From positions 558,001 to 622,000 of the forward strand of contig CP120459.1 in assembly GCA_034226945.1 (NCBI GenBank): 64,000 nt of DNA, given 5' to 3'. The notes beneath the pieces are model-generated. The model worked only from the letters and a program-made list of their open reading frames with translations, was not told the origin of the DNA and made no database searches. A program made the position numbers and the translations under genes. Each line of letters begins with the position of its first letter. Within the stretch, counting starts at the first letter, position 1. Of this stretch, positions 35,298 through 48,126 are shown piece after piece. The stretch is from Picochlorum sp. SENEW3 (taxonomy: Eukaryota).

Positions 35298-35410
35298 AAA
35301 AATATGTGATCCATTGTGTTGTAATACGTCAATCTATATAACAGATAAACACACATATATATATATATATATACATGATAGTTGTCTGTATTGAGTAGCA
35401 GAACTGGATC

Positions 35411-35956
35411 ATGGACGAGGTGGTTCGCCACGTGTCGAATGGCTGTTTGACTCTTGCCTCTCGTTTGGATTCTGTTCGACGCCGAGGTCACGCATTTTTA
35501 TTTGATAGAAATAATAAGAAAGTAGTAGATGATGTATCCTCTCAATGGAATGGGATTGGGACTGGAACAGGCAGGTGGAAAGGGTCTCGTCAAGCGGTGA
35601 GCAGGGAGGAGGTTGGGAGGGCGTCGTGGACGTTTTTACATACGCTTGCGGCCCAGTACCCGGAGAGGCCGACACGGCAGCAGAAGAGGGATGCAAGGAA
35701 TCTGATAGATATTTTAACGAGGATGTATCCGTGTGGAGAGTGTGCGAGGCATTTCAAAGAGGTGGTGCAGGCTCACCCCCCAGAGGTGGATACGAGGGAA
35801 GAGTTTTCGCAATGGATGTGTCGGGTTCACAACGTGGTGAATCGATCTCTTGGGAAGCCGACGTTTAACTGCAAGTATATAGCCTCTCGGTGGGAGGGAA
35901 TCGAATGTGATACGGAGGATGCGTGCTCACTGGACATGGGAGCCAAGAAGCGATGA
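35411..35956 (+). CDS. ERV1: ERV1/ALR FAD-linked sulfhydryl oxidase
   Basis: GRASWTFLHTLAAQYP, YPCGECARHF, WMCRVHNVVNRSLGKP and a C-terminal shuttle cysteine pair (CDTEDAC) as in plant ERV1. Confidence 0.93.
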   Translation: MDEVVRHVSNGCLTLASRLDSVRRRGHAFLFDRNNKKVVDDVSSQWNGIGTGTGRWKGSRQAVSREEVGRASWTFLHTLAAQYPERPTRQQKRDARNLIDILTRMYPCGECARHFKEVVQAHPPEVDTREEFSQWMCRVHNVVNRSLGKPTFNCKYIASRWEGIECDTEDACSLDMGAKKR

Positions 35957-35972
35957 TTACGATATATATTTA

Positions 35973-37274
35973 CTATGCATAGTAATTCAAATTTGCCTTC
36001 TTCTTTGCTTGTACTTCAATGATGGCGTCATTAAAGTCTTCGTGCTTGATGACAGTGGCATCTCTTCGGAGTGCCAACATGCCAGCTTCGACACAGACAG
36101 CCTTGAGCTGTGCTGCATTGAAGTCGTCTGTTGAGCTCCCCAGTTCGTCAAAGTTGACATCGGCTGATACATTCATTTTCCTGGAATGGATTTGCAAAAT
36201 CTTTGCTCTGGCCTCTTCGTTTGGATGGGGGAATTCAATCTTTCGATCCAATCGTCCAGATCGCATGAGCGCTGGGTCCAATATGTCTGGTCTATTCGTC
36301 GCGGCGATAATCTTGACATCATCGGCGGAGGAAAATCCATCCAATTGATTCAGCAATTCAAGCATTGTCCTCTGCACTTCTCTATCTCCACTGAGTTCGC
36401 TATCTCTTCGTGTTGTACCAATAGCATCAATCTCATCAATGAAAATGATTGCCGGGGCTTTCTCCTTGGCCAGAGCGAATGCATCGCGCACCATTTTTGC
36501 ACCGTCACCGATGAACATTTGTACAAGAGATGGCCCTGCTAATTTTAAAAATGTTGCATTGGTCTGTGCTGCACATGTCCTAGCAATAAGTGTTTTTCCT
36601 GTTCCTGGAGGACCATGAAGCAGCACTCCCTTTGGAGGCTTTATACCAATGGCAGTAAACCTATCTTTATGGGTAATAGGAAGTACAATCGCCTCTCGCA
36701 ACTCTTGAATTTGCTTGTCCAAACCTCCCACATCAGAATAGTCCTCTGTCGGCTTCTCATCAACCTCCATGGCCTTGACTCGAGAATCGTACTCTGCTGG
36801 TAGAGTATCCAATATCAAATACGAGTCTTTGTTCACACCAACCAAATCCCCTGGCTTTAGAGTCTCTGGGTCCACCAATCCCGGCACTGGAAGAAACACA
36901 GTCTGACGAGTTGAAGTCTTCAACACCACACACTTTTTATTCTTATCACTTCCCGCCTCCTGGTAACTCACACCTCCATCTTCCTCATCTTCTTCATCTA
37001 CTTCCTGATTATCCAACACCTCTACAATATTCCCCACAAGGTATGGCAACTGATTATTCAGTTTAATCTTCTCCTTATTCTCCCTGATCCTCTCATCCAA
37101 CCCAGCCTTTTGATGCGTCAACCTATTCGATTCATCCCTCAACACCCTAATCTCATTGTCCAACAACCGCACCCGCCTCTCAATATCCTCTGCCGACATT
37201 GTCTCGAACTCCTCTGGCAAAGCAAATTCATCCTGTCCTCCTTCCGTCCCAAAAATCTCAGCCTCCATGTCCAT
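35973..37274 (-). CDS. RPT5: 26S proteasome AAA-ATPase subunit 6A
   Basis: [35 protein letters not shown] and the C-terminal HbYX motif LNYYA. Confidence 0.97.
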   Translation of the reverse strand: MDMEAEIFGTEGGQDEFALPEEFETMSAEDIERRVRLLDNEIRVLRDESNRLTHQKAGLDERIRENKEKIKLNNQLPYLVGNIVEVLDNQEVDEEDEEDGGVSYQEAGSDKNKKCVVLKTSTRQTVFLPVPGLVDPETLKPGDLVGVNKDSYLILDTLPAEYDSRVKAMEVDEKPTEDYSDVGGLDKQIQELREAIVLPITHKDRFTAIGIKPPKGVLLHGPPGTGKTLIARTCAAQTNATFLKLAGPSLVQMFIGDGAKMVRDAFALAKEKAPAIIFIDEIDAIGTTRRDSELSGDREVQRTMLELLNQLDGFSSADDVKIIAATNRPDILDPALMRSGRLDRKIEFPHPNEEARAKILQIHSRKMNVSADVNFDELGSSTDDFNAAQLKAVCVEAGMLALRRDATVIKHEDFNDAIIEVQAKKKANLNYYA

Positions 37275-37672
37275 GGCTCCAATCTACTTTTATATAAATA
37301 TATGTATACAATATCTATGGCAATGACGGGTCGAATGAAACACGTGTGTTGAAATACCTCTTCTTCTGATCACAGATATACACAACCACCAAAAACGACG
37401 ATCAGGTCCTGTCCTTTGCTGACTACCTCGCAGGTATTATGTTTTATTTATCAAATAAATTGATATCGTTTCCAATATGTAGGCATCGAGTGGATATGAA
37501 CGTGGTCACCATGAGGACCTGCTATGCTTCCGTAAATAAAAATCAGCAGAGTTAACTCTTAACTCTCTCAAACGTTTGAACCGTGGTTGATGCCATCCTG
37601 TGTAGGGGAATTTCAATTTTCAGAATACTGTATACAACGTTAGGTATCTGATATTGGCAAAAACCAGCCCAT

Positions 37673-39096
37673 ATGGATGCTCAAGAACAAGAGCAGGAAG
37701 CAATTGCTTTGGAAGCAGAGATACAGGCATTGCGACATAAATTGCATGCATTAGAGTCGCAGTATTCCAACCATATGGCACGGGATACTGGAGTGTCCTC
37801 GCATCACCGCAGTGGCACATGGGATGCATCTGGTCATGGGTTGTCGAAAGGGCAGGTTGAACGATACAGCAGGCAGATTATACTTCCCAGTTTTGGTGTA
37901 TCAAGTACGTGATGCATCTTCATTGGTACATAGTGTGCAATGCTGATGTATTGTATGGTACATGTGCAGGTCAGTCAAAACTCTGTAGAGGGTCTGTTCT
38001 TGTTGTTGGAGCAGGTGGTCTCGGTAGTCCTGCGCTATTGTATTTGGCTGCTGCGGGGGTGGGAAAGATTGGTATTGTCGATAGAGATGAAGTCGAATTG
38101 AGTAATATTCACAGACAAGTCATCCACAGGGAAGCTGATGTTGGAGTGGCCAAGACAACATCAGCAGCAGAGGCTATCAAGCAGATCAATTCATCGATTG
38201 ATGTCGAAGAATACACGGATGGTTTTACACCCAAAAATGCCCTAGATATCATTGAAAAGTATGATGTTGTCATGGATGCGTCAGATAATGCGCCAACAAG
38301 ATATCTCATTAGCGATGCATGCTGCATTGCACAGAAACCGCTGGTGTCAGGGGCAGCAATAGGAACAGACGGGCAACTGACCGTGTATTGTTACGGAGAC
38401 GCTGGGCCATGTTATCGATGCTTGTATCCAAACCCACCACCAGCGCAGAATTGTGCTCGCTGTGCAGATGCTGGTGTTCTAGGTCCAGTTCCAGGAGCTA
38501 TTGGTACACTTCAGGCATTGGAAGTGATCAAGATCATCTCTGGCATTGGGGAAATACTGTCAAAGAAGATGTTGATAGTGGATGCGTTATACTGTCGGTA
38601 TATGACTGTGAAACTACGGTCAAAAAGCGACTCGTGTGTCTCATGTGGATCAAACCCATCAGTCACAAGGGATTCCTTGCCCACCTTTGATTATTTTGCT
38701 TTCACTGGTCAACCCAGCGCTTCAGACGCGCCCACAAGCCTGAATCTAGTGGATCCTACCCATCGTATTACAGTAGCAGAGCTAGTAGAGAGAATGGAAA
38801 AGGATCCAATGCATCTTGTTGTGGATGTCCGACCACGACACCAGTTTGATATTTGTAGCATCCCTGGATCCATCAATGCTCCAATGCAGGAACTCGGTAA
38901 TCACATTGATACCATCAAGGGAATGATACAACAAGATGGTGATGCAGTGCCAATCAGTGTCATATGCCGCAGAGGCAACCAGTCCCAAAGGGCTCTACAA
39001 GAGCTCCATGGACTGGGGTTCACACACGCTGTCGATGTGATTGGAGGAGTTCAATCTTGGAGCAGTTCCATCGACCCCTCATTCCCATTATATTAA
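37673..39096 (+). CDS. MOCS3: Adenylyltransferase/sulfurtransferase MOCS3/CNX5/UBA4 (MoeB + rhodanese)
   Basis: RYSRQIIL, GAGGLGSP, SNIHRQ, CYRC and rhodanese CRRGNQS. Inferred intron 37905-37969. Confidence 0.95.
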
Positions 39097-39142
39097 ATAT
39101 ATTCATGCAATCCTCGAGTGAATAAACAGGTATTCTGTAATA

Positions 39143-40189
39143 ATGGTGTCGTCGTTCCAACAGTTGCGACATGGGTCACCGAAACCCTTGGGTTATTGCC
39201 TCTCCAATGGAACATTGCCGAGATATTGGTACAGATATTCCATGAATAACCAACTAGGTTGTTACAAGAGCCGAGAATCATTCCGAGGTGGTGGTAGCAT
39301 AAGGGTATCAGCACAACAGAGACCAGAAGACACAGAAGAGGTGAATTTTTATTCAATTCTGGGTACATCTCCCTTGGCAAGCAAGCAGGAGATCAAAAAG
39401 AGGTATCGAGAGATGATGAAACAGTACCATCCAGATATGGACAGCAGTAACAGTATGGATGGTGATGATGACTTTGCAACCATCCTAAATCTTGTCTATA
39501 CCATACTAATGGATGATGAACAACGGGCAGAGTATGATCTCTTGGCTGGATTTTCGGTATCCAGCAACAATAATCCTTTCAATGGTATTCCATATGGAAA
39601 CAAAATGCGCTCAGAAGAGGCACAGTATGTTTTTGTCGATGAATACTCGTGCATAGGCTGCTTTGGATGTGTCAACGTTGATAAGAAAGGATTTGCCATC
39701 GAGGATTCGTATGGAAGAGCCCGATGCATCAATCAAAATAGACCACCAGATACTGTTCAGCAAGCCATGGATGTCTGCCCCGTCAGTTGTATTCATTGGG
39801 TGAGTGCAACACAACTCACCTTGCTTGAAGAAGTGATGGCTCGTATGGATAGGATTGACAGCTTTCTTCTCATGCGCTCTCAAGGAAAAGGAGCAAATCT
39901 TTCTGTATTTTATGAGGCATCTCTTGAATGGGCTAGAAGGCAGTCGAGGATGAGAGAGATGGAGATGAAGATCAAGTATGGGTCCTCTCCCTTTGTGGAC
40001 TTTATGCCCAATGGTCCTGCAGGGGGGGCCACAACTCGCGGTGACTCCTCCCAACAGACACAGCAAGCATCTCGAGGCATGGCCTCCATCATCAACATGA
40101 CTCGCAAGTGGAGAGATTACAAGCGACGAATGGATGATTCATCAGGCACCCCATCCTTCTTACTTGGGGATGGCACAATCGACTCGTAA
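39143..40189 (+). CDS. Chloroplast DnaJ-ferredoxin protein (CDJ3/4-type J domain + 4Fe-4S domain)
   Basis: J domain with HPD, then VFVDEYSCIGCFGC...GRAR...CPVSCIHWV. The start could instead be the ATG at 39242. Confidence 0.9.
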   Translation: MVSSFQQLRHGSPKPLGYCLSNGTLPRYWYRYSMNNQLGCYKSRESFRGGGSIRVSAQQRPEDTEEVNFYSILGTSPLASKQEIKKRYREMMKQYHPDMDSSNSMDGDDDFATILNLVYTILMDDEQRAEYDLLAGFSVSSNNNPFNGIPYGNKMRSEEAQYVFVDEYSCIGCFGCVNVDKKGFAIEDSYGRARCINQNRPPDTVQQAMDVCPVSCIHWVSATQLTLLEEVMARMDRIDSFLLMRSQGKGANLSVFYEASLEWARRQSRMREMEMKIKYGSSPFVDFMPNGPAGGATTRGDSSQQTQQASRGMASIINMTRKWRDYKRRMDDSSGTPSFLLGDGTIDS

Positions 40190-40361
40190 TTGTATGTACC
40201 ATGAATTAAATCAATAATAATGAATTGCATTCATACATGTATTGTAAAAATAACTCAATAAAAGACGACTGTGTGACAGAACAGCAGGACATGTTCAAAT
40301 TCGCTGTGTTGAAACAGCCAATGCCGATATAAGTCTACAACCATGGTCGGAGAGTGCATAT

Positions 40362-41850
40362 AATGATGGAAATTGAATGTCGAGATGGAGACAAGCGTCG
40401 TGCGATTCGTCAGAAACTCGATAAACGCATCTTACCTTGGCTGTTTGCTCTAGGGGTTGTTTGCTATCTCGACAGGACCAATTTGAGTTATGCTGCTGTT
40501 GAACTCAACAGGGACTTGCAGTTCTCATGCAAGACATATGGTTTGGGGGCTGGTCTCTTCTTCTTAGGATACGCTGTCTGTCAGGTTCCTTCAAGCAGAG
40601 TATTTTTCTACTTTGGGATGCCTTATCTCTGTTCAACAATCATCCTGTGGGGCATTGTTGCTGGTAGCTTTGCATTGGTACAATCTTCTACTGCGTTTCT
40701 TTTGCTTCGAGTATTACTGGGTGTGTTTGAGAGTGGTACATTTCCGTGCATGTGGGCGTATCTGGCTCGTTTTTATTCACCAGAGGAACTCGGAGCATCC
40801 TATGCATACATTTCAACATCAACAGCGCTGGCTCAGATTATTGGCAGTCCCATTGCGGCTGGTATATTATTGATGGATGGCTTTGGAGGTATTTCGGGGT
40901 GGCAGTGGCTATTTATCATCGAGGGCATCACCTCTGTCTGTTTTGGAATCATTCTGTACCATGCACTTCCATCAGCTCCAAAGACTGCACTGTTTCTGAC
41001 ACCAGAGGACAGGGAATGGTTACAAGAGAAACAGGATGGATATATAACAAAACATCAAACCCATAAAGATGGTGCACTCTCCACGATATGGCGCGAGTGT
41101 TGCCGATTTTGGACCGTCATGAAAGATTGGAGAACATTGTATCTCTCAGTTGTGCTGTTTGCAATCACTCAAGCAATGTACGGATGTGTCTTTTTCATCC
41201 CCATGATTATCCACAGTTTTTTCTTTTCTTCCTCATCGACCCAAGAGGGAGATGTAGCGGTGAGTGCATGCAGTGACGGGGAATCATCATCCGGCAGTGG
41301 AGAGGGCGCTGTGGTGGCAATACTCAGCATGGTGCCCTTTGCATCTGCAGCCATATGCATGATCATCGTGGGGAAAATGTCAGAGTCCGCGAACGAGAGG
41401 CGATACCATGCTGCAATCCCAGTCTGCCTGGGAGCAATTTTCATGATGACAACACCAGGCATGATGCATCTGGGAATTCCAGTGATGGCATTCATCTCCC
41501 TCACTCTAGCAGCAGCTGCTTTATGGTCTTACCACGGACCATTCATGACATGGCCGGTCGTTTTCTTCGAGAGAGAGAACGCCACCCTAGCCTTTGCGAT
41601 TATGAACAGTATTGGAAGCGCAGGGGGCTTTTTTGGGAATACCATTCTCGGTATTCTAGCAGAAGCCACTGGTGGCTATGGCATTGCCATGGTCTGTATC
41701 GGCATTGTTCTACTGTTGGGAGGTCTTGCAATCATCCTCATGCCACGCCCAGAGAGAGAGATGTCACGTGATGATGTGGAATCAGATACCCTGCTCGGAG
41801 AGGGTGCTCTCCGTAGAAAAAATGATGAGATGACTACTACAGGTACATAG
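40362..41850 (+). CDS. MFS transporter, anion:cation symporter family (tartrate/nicotinate/allantoate-permease-like)
   Basis: KLDKRILP, YLDRTNLSYA, YGLGAGLFFLGY, LRVLLGVFESG and GWQWLFIIEG; about 12 TM segments. Confidence 0.9.
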
Positions 41851-42009
41851 ACCCGTTGTGTGCGACAGAATATCGCAGATTTCATTCAAAATTTGCATCA
41901 TATCTTAAGATTAAAACTATTCTTTTCTTTACATTCAACTGAAGGGTTGAATAGGTTGATTTATCCTCGATAGGTTTATCCACTCCAACACGCATTCCTG
42001 TCCAGAAAC

Positions 42010-43599
42010 ATGAGAATTTTGTCTGTACATGCTCAAAACAGATCCTCGATAGGCATACTCAATTCTGCAAATTCTAGACCTGTGCCTGTTGTCAAGGGAT
42101 GGATAGGGGCGAGGCCCGCTGTTTCTAGAAACCGATTGACATGTGGCCACATAGTTGTCGGTCGTCGTGGCACTCCTGTGGTCGCAGCACAGTCTAGTTC
42201 AGCCTCTGAGGATGCTGATGTTGACAATGTAGTAATTATTGGCAGTGGTCCGGCTGGATACACGGCTGCCATCTATGCCTCGAGGGCGAGCCTGAGTCCA
42301 CTCGTGTTCGAGGGATATCAGGCAGGTGGAGTCCGTGGAGGGCAGTTGATGACGACGACCGAGGTTGAGAATTTCCCTGGTTTCCCTGAAGGGATTACAG
42401 GGCCAGATTTGATGGATCGTATGAGGCAACAGGCTGAACGTTGGGGTAGCAATTTGTTGCTGGAAGATGTGGAGTCTGTGGATTTGTCTGTGAGGCCATT
42501 TGTGATCAAGGGCACAGAGACAACGGTGAAGGCGCATAGTCTGATCATCGCTACTGGAGCAACAGCAAAGCGCTTGAATATTCCTTCAGAGGAAACATTC
42601 TGGAGTCGCGGGATTAGTGCGTGTGCTATTTGTGATGGGGCATCTCCAATATTCAAAGATCAAGAGTTGGCTGTGGTTGGTGGTGGGGACACTGCCACGG
42701 AAGAGGCTGTGTATCTCACAAAATACGGTAAGCATGTTCACTTGCTTGTCCGTGGACCAACGATGAGGGCGAGCAAGGCTATGCAGGAGAGAGTACTTGA
42801 GAATCCAAAGATCACTGTCCATTTCAACACGGGTGTGGAGGATGCATATGCTGATAAGAAGGGTGCCATGGGGGGATTGCATTTGTTGAATAATGAGACA
42901 GGAGAGAAGAAAGACTTGCCTGTTCGCGGGCTGTTTTATGGAATTGGTCATAATCCAAACAGTGCCTTCCTTGATGGACAGGTTGAATTGGATGAGGCTG
43001 GATACGTCAAAGTGAAGAATGGTGGTCCATGGACCAACGTCGAGGGTGTGTTTTCTGCGGGAGATTTACACGATGTGGAATGGAGACAAGCTATCACTGC
43101 AGCTGGAAGCGGATGCATGGCTGCATTGGCGGCAGAGCGATACCTGACTGGAAATAACTTGGTTGTTGAGAAGGAAAAGAGTGAGGAGCGTGTTTCAGAA
43201 TCAGAGCAGAAGAAGAAGAAGGATTCCGAGGAAAAAGAGGAGAAGGGCAAGATGTCTATGGAAGAGGAATTCAACGTGTATGCTGACAAACATCGTGGAC
43301 AGTATGCTTTGAGGAAGCTCTACCACGAGAGTGACAGACTCGTCACTGTCTTGTACACCTCGCCAACCTGTGGACCATGCAGATCTTTGAAGCCAATCTT
43401 GAACAAGGTTGTGGATGAGTACTCTGGAAAGATACACTTGGTCGAGATCGATATCGCAGAGGATCCAGAGATTGCACAGGCTGCAGGTGTGAATGGAACT
43501 CCAACTGTCCAAATGTTCAAGAACAAGGACAGAGTGGCAAACCTCCCAGGCGTCAAGATGAAGAATGAATACAGAAAGTTAATTGAAGGAAACTTGTGA
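42010..43599 (+). CDS. NTRC: NADPH-dependent thioredoxin reductase C
   Basis: Transit peptide, [21 protein letters not shown] active site and a C-terminal thioredoxin domain (TCGPC). Confidence 0.96.
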   Translation: MRILSVHAQNRSSIGILNSANSRPVPVVKGWIGARPAVSRNRLTCGHIVVGRRGTPVVAAQSSSASEDADVDNVVIIGSGPAGYTAAIYASRASLSPLVFEGYQAGGVRGGQLMTTTEVENFPGFPEGITGPDLMDRMRQQAERWGSNLLLEDVESVDLSVRPFVIKGTETTVKAHSLIIATGATAKRLNIPSEETFWSRGISACAICDGASPIFKDQELAVVGGGDTATEEAVYLTKYGKHVHLLVRGPTMRASKAMQERVLENPKITVHFNTGVEDAYADKKGAMGGLHLLNNETGEKKDLPVRGLFYGIGHNPNSAFLDGQVELDEAGYVKVKNGGPWTNVEGVFSAGDLHDVEWRQAITAAGSGCMAALAAERYLTGNNLVVEKEKSEERVSESEQKKKKDSEEKEEKGKMSMEEEFNVYADKHRGQYALRKLYHESDRLVTVLYTSPTCGPCRSLKPILNKVVDEYSGKIHLVEIDIAEDPEIAQAAGVNGTPTVQMFKNKDRVANLPGVKMKNEYRKLIEGNL

Positions 43600-43637
43600 A
43601 TTACATACTATTTTATTTGGTAAATCATACTACGTGT

Positions 43638-44433
43638 TTAATAATAGTAGTCCTCAGAGTATCCTTCTGAAGGCTCACTACTCCAACCTTCATCTGGATA
43701 GTCATTCCCATAATATCCTTCCGCATTGCTGTCTTCGGTATCGTCAAAACTATCCTCATGATCCATATCCTCTTCTGGTGCATAGAAATCGTCGTCATAA
43801 ATATAAAAATACGGTTGGTGCTCTCCCACATATGTTGTGTCATCTCTGGCAATATACAAGTCATACACATAGTCATCCTCCTTTTCAGCATCCTGTGACC
43901 TTTCACTGCACTCAATGTCACATACTTTTCCCAAAGCTCTCAAAGGATCAGGTAACATTTCGGCTTCCTCAAATGCAGTCCTCCCTCGCTTCTTTGTCAC
44001 AACATCGAAGGAAGCATGGTACAACTCTGTGTCTTCTGCAGTCTTTTCAATTTTGCCCGGCTCTTCCACCCCAGACACAGCAAACAAACTCTCCAAATAC
44101 ATATGAGATGCTGACCCTAGTTCTTCCGCCGTCATAGTCGCCATCTTTCGATACGTTCGTGGCCTTTTCCTACCAGAGTCCTCAAGAGACAAACTTGCCA
44201 GATCCACATCTTCCCTGCCACCCTCTTGAACATCTACAGAATCCGATACATTGTGAGACATATGATCATATCACATCGTAACCTTGATACCGATGCGTAC
44301 ATAAGCTAGTTGGCGCCTGGATTGCTCGTTTACGTTTCAGACGAATAACTTGCAGTTGGCTCCTTCCTTCACCAGTAGGGGCAGTGCTTGTAGGACTACA
44401 TCCGCCATCATCTCTACCTCCCAATTCAACCAT
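43638..44433 (-). CDS. IWR1/RDM4(DMS4)-like RNA polymerase import factor (2 exons)
   Basis: Exon 1 encodes VIRLKRKR; inferred intron 44234-44300. C-terminus has YVYDLY and DTEDSNAEGYYGNDYPDE, the Iwr1 signature. Confidence 0.8.
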
Positions 44434-44680
44434 TATATTCTTATCTTATTTTACGTTGTGAATGCAGCATGCAAGCATATATGTATGGGTGCAAAATTGC
44501 AAAATTGAATTGAATGTGTTTATTATTAAGGAAGTTCCACATGCATGATCGAGCCAAAAACGTCCTTAAAGACAATGGACACATATCAAGATATTTAAAA
44601 ATTGAGCATAAATCAATTCAGATTCGTCTGAGTGGACTCTGTGCGAGAAAGAGTGCTGCAAGTGCTGTGCATTGGTCAGA

Positions 44681-46684
44681 ATGGCACCCAAAACACTGTT
44701 TGATGACAATGAAGAAGAGGGATTTGATGGTGGATTGAAAATTAACACTGAATTTGCTCGAAGATTTGAGGTGCGATCAGATATGTGTGATTTGCAGTGA
44801 TAGTTTTGTTTTTCCATGTCGCATGCAGTTGCTCACAAGGAGCCTGTTGTGTTGCAGCATAATAAAAAGCGAGAGGAGTTGCACCGGTTGAAAGAGAAAT
44901 TTCCCGAGCAGGCTGCTCGGCTTGAGGCAAAGGGTGTTTCTGCGCTTATGAATGATGAGGAATCATCCAGCAGTTCTGAAGAGGAGGATGATGGAGTTAT
45001 ACCTCAGAAGACGGAGAAACAAATTCTGGAGACGATATTGAAGATTAGGAACAAGGATACGTCTATTTATGATCCGAATGCAAAGTTTTATTCTGAAGAC
45101 GAGGAGGAGGAGGTGAGAGATGCAAAGAGGAAGGAGAAGCCAGTGTATTTGAAAGATGTTGTGTACAAGGAGGCCATGGAGTTGGCGAATGGAAATGGGA
45201 GTGATGCTGATGAAGACGAAAAAGATAGAGGGAAATCGTATGTTGAGGCGCAGGAGGGTCTGAAACGTGCATTCTTAACAGCGTATGAAGAGGAGGTTGG
45301 CGATGCATTGCAGTCAGAGGGGGACGGTTTTGGAGGAGTGCTTCAGAAATCAGAAACGCTCAGGAAGGAAGCTGAAATTACGGATGAAGAGACTCAGAAA
45401 CTAGTTGATAAGATTTTCTCAAAGGGAGATAAGGAAAAGTCTACGATGACAGAAAATGACAGATTTCTGAGGGATTATATTCTGAAACAAGCATGGATGA
45501 GGGATTCTGATGATGAGGACGAGCATTTTATGGATGATGGTGTCGTTGATGAGGAAGAAGACGAGCAAGCAATGGATGCAGCAGAAGCCTTTGAAGCAAG
45601 CTACAATTTCAGATTTGAGGAGCCTGGAGGGACTGAGATTGTGACGCATCCTCGTGAGATTGAAGGAATTGTGAGGAAGAAAGACGATCGAAGAAAGCAA
45701 AAGAGAATGGAAAAGGCTGCCAGAAAAGCACAAGAAGAGGAAGAGCGTAGGAGGGAGTTGAAGCAGCTGAAGAATTTGAAAAAGATGGAGATTGAAGATA
45801 AGCTCAAAGAAGTAAAGAACATAGCAGGTTCTGGTGTGGCTGAAGAAGACCTCATCGGAAAATTACTTGATGGTGAGTTTGATCCAGAAAAGCATGACCA
45901 AGCCATGCAAGAGGCTTTTGGAGAGGAGTATTATAATGTTGAAGAAGAGGAAGATGTAGAAGATGAAGAATTTGACAAAAAATTGGCTGCCATGGCAGAG
46001 TATTCTTCAGATGAAGAGGTAGATAATACAATCTCAGCAATGCTTGAGAGAAAAAAGAAGAAAGAGGACGATGATGATCCAGAAAATACTGCAAAGCAGG
46101 ATGTCAAAAAGCTCCTGGATGAATACTACAAACTCGATTACGAGGACCATGTTGGGGGCATTCCAACACGCTTTCGATACAAAGAAGTAGAGCCTGAGAC
46201 ATATGGGTTGACATTCGAAGAAATTTTGATGATGGATGATAAGGAGCTGAATCAGATCATGGGTTTGAAGAGAGTAGCAGCAACATACCATGATGGTCCC
46301 AAGAGGAGGCCAAATTACGGACGACTGAACGAGTGGAGGAAGAATGCTGATATCAAAGCCCATGATAGAGAGTCCAAGTATCGAAATAAACACAAGAAGA
46401 TTGTAGAACACAGGGACGACTCTGTTCAGAAAAAGGAGGAAAAGTCTTTAGAAGAAATGGAGGCTGATAGGCGAAAAGACACCTTTAAGAAACCATCATT
46501 AAAGAAGAGGCGCCGGGAAGGACATCAGGAGGATACTTACAAGAAGGAGAAAAAGGTGCAGCAATCTCAAACGCCTCCTAATCCAGCCCTAGCTGGCTTA
46601 ACTAAAGCGCAACGAAAAAATCTCAAGCGCAGCCAAAAGAGGCAAAAGAGGCACAGTGAACTAGCTGAACAAAACGAATCATGA
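44681..46684 (+). CDS. KRI1: KRI1 40S biogenesis protein (2 exons)
   Basis: LKINTEFARRFE|HNKKREEL across intron 44771-44857, YNFRFEEPG, and EYYKLDYED...TRFRYKEV. Confidence 0.93.
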
Positions 46685-46755
46685 TATTGATGCTTAATTT
46701 ACAGTGTAATTGTATCATTCGTAGTGATAAATACAGCATTCGTTGAAATATTTGC

Positions 46756-47844
46756 TCAAATGATGTAATCCAAAATCAAATCATAGATTTGGTCCATATC
46801 CTTTGTCGGCACATTATCGTCGTCTAATCGCTTCACTACTCGGGCTGGAACGCCCACTGCCACACAGTGAGGAGGTAAATCTGTCACAACTACTGATCCC
46901 GCTCCAACTTTAGTACAATGGCCAAGGACGACTGGCCCAAGCACACTTGCACCGGCGCCAAGCAGGACACCATTCCCAATGATGGGATGTCGTGTTCCAG
47001 TTCCTGTTCCACTACCTCCCAACGTCACATGGTGCAACATGGAGACATTGTCACCAACAATAGCGGTCTCACCAATGACAACACCACTCGCATGGTCAAT
47101 CATCAGACCTCTGCCTAGAGTTGCCCCAGGGTGGATATCCACATCAAAAACCTCGGACATTCTAGACTGCAATGCCAATGCCAACGACTTTCTATTATTC
47201 TGCCACATCCAATGAGCTATACGATGAACTTGAATAGCCTGAAATCCTTTGAAAAACACGAGCCCTTGCAAGTACGTCTCACATGCAGGATCCCTATCAT
47301 AGACAGCATTCAAATCAGCTACGCATGCCTCAATCAGACCAGGATCGTCCTTGTACGCATCCAGAATCAACCGTGTCAACTGTGTCCCAAGCAATGTTGG
47401 ATTTGCTAATTTATTCGCCAGGAGAAATGCGAGGCTCTTCTCCAAAGAATTATGCATAATCACCGTCATGTGAAAAAATGATGCCAACACAGGCTCCTCC
47501 TTTGCTGCCTTCTTTGCCTCGTTCAAAATTGTCTGCCACAACACCTCATTATTGCGATGATTTGAAGATGGAGCCCAACCGCAATTGTTCAATGCTTCCT
47601 CCCGCGACACAGTCCTATCCATCCCAGGCCCCAGCAAACGTTCCTGCCACAACTGCTCGTTTATCTGCTTGTTCTTCGCTTTCGCCCGTGCATGCATAGC
47701 AGCAACACTCTCCGACGGGTCAGCTGCAATATTCACTACCTTGCCAGCATTAATACGGTGCGCAACGCTCCTTGGACTGCAGAGCAGCCTTCCCCGTGGC
47801 AACCCACACGTCTTCGGAGACAGGGACACGTGACCCAAGACCAT
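46756..47844 (-). CDS. Serine O-acetyltransferase, organelle-targeted
   Basis: DRDPAC, FKGFQAIQVHRIAH, VDIHPGA, IDHASGVVIGETA, RHP and AVGVPARVV hexapeptide repeats. Confidence 0.95.
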   Translation of the reverse strand: MVLGHVSLSPKTCGLPRGRLLCSPRSVAHRINAGKVVNIAADPSESVAAMHARAKAKNKQINEQLWQERLLGPGMDRTVSREEALNNCGWAPSSNHRNNEVLWQTILNEAKKAAKEEPVLASFFHMTVIMHNSLEKSLAFLLANKLANPTLLGTQLTRLILDAYKDDPGLIEACVADLNAVYDRDPACETYLQGLVFFKGFQAIQVHRIAHWMWQNNRKSLALALQSRMSEVFDVDIHPGATLGRGLMIDHASGVVIGETAIVGDNVSMLHHVTLGGSGTGTGTRHPIIGNGVLLGAGASVLGPVVLGHCTKVGAGSVVVTDLPPHCVAVGVPARVVKRLDDDNVPTKDMDQIYDLILDYII

Positions 47845-48126
47845 TCTCGTATCTAATGCGATCAATAGATGAAAATTATATATCTTCTTGTTTAAATAGC
47901 AACTAATAGCGCAACTACGATGGTCAGTCCACCGTGAAAAATACCGAGTGACGATTGATCCGACCAGCACTCGGCGTTGATGTTCCTTATTTCTTATATC
48001 CTTGACGTTGTTTTACATACTATTCTTAAATTGAATAATAACCAACTGACCAGGGAACAGGTGAATATATCCCTCGAAGAGCCACGCGATGATGACGATG
48101 AGCCATAGGCTCATGAATTCGTGGTC

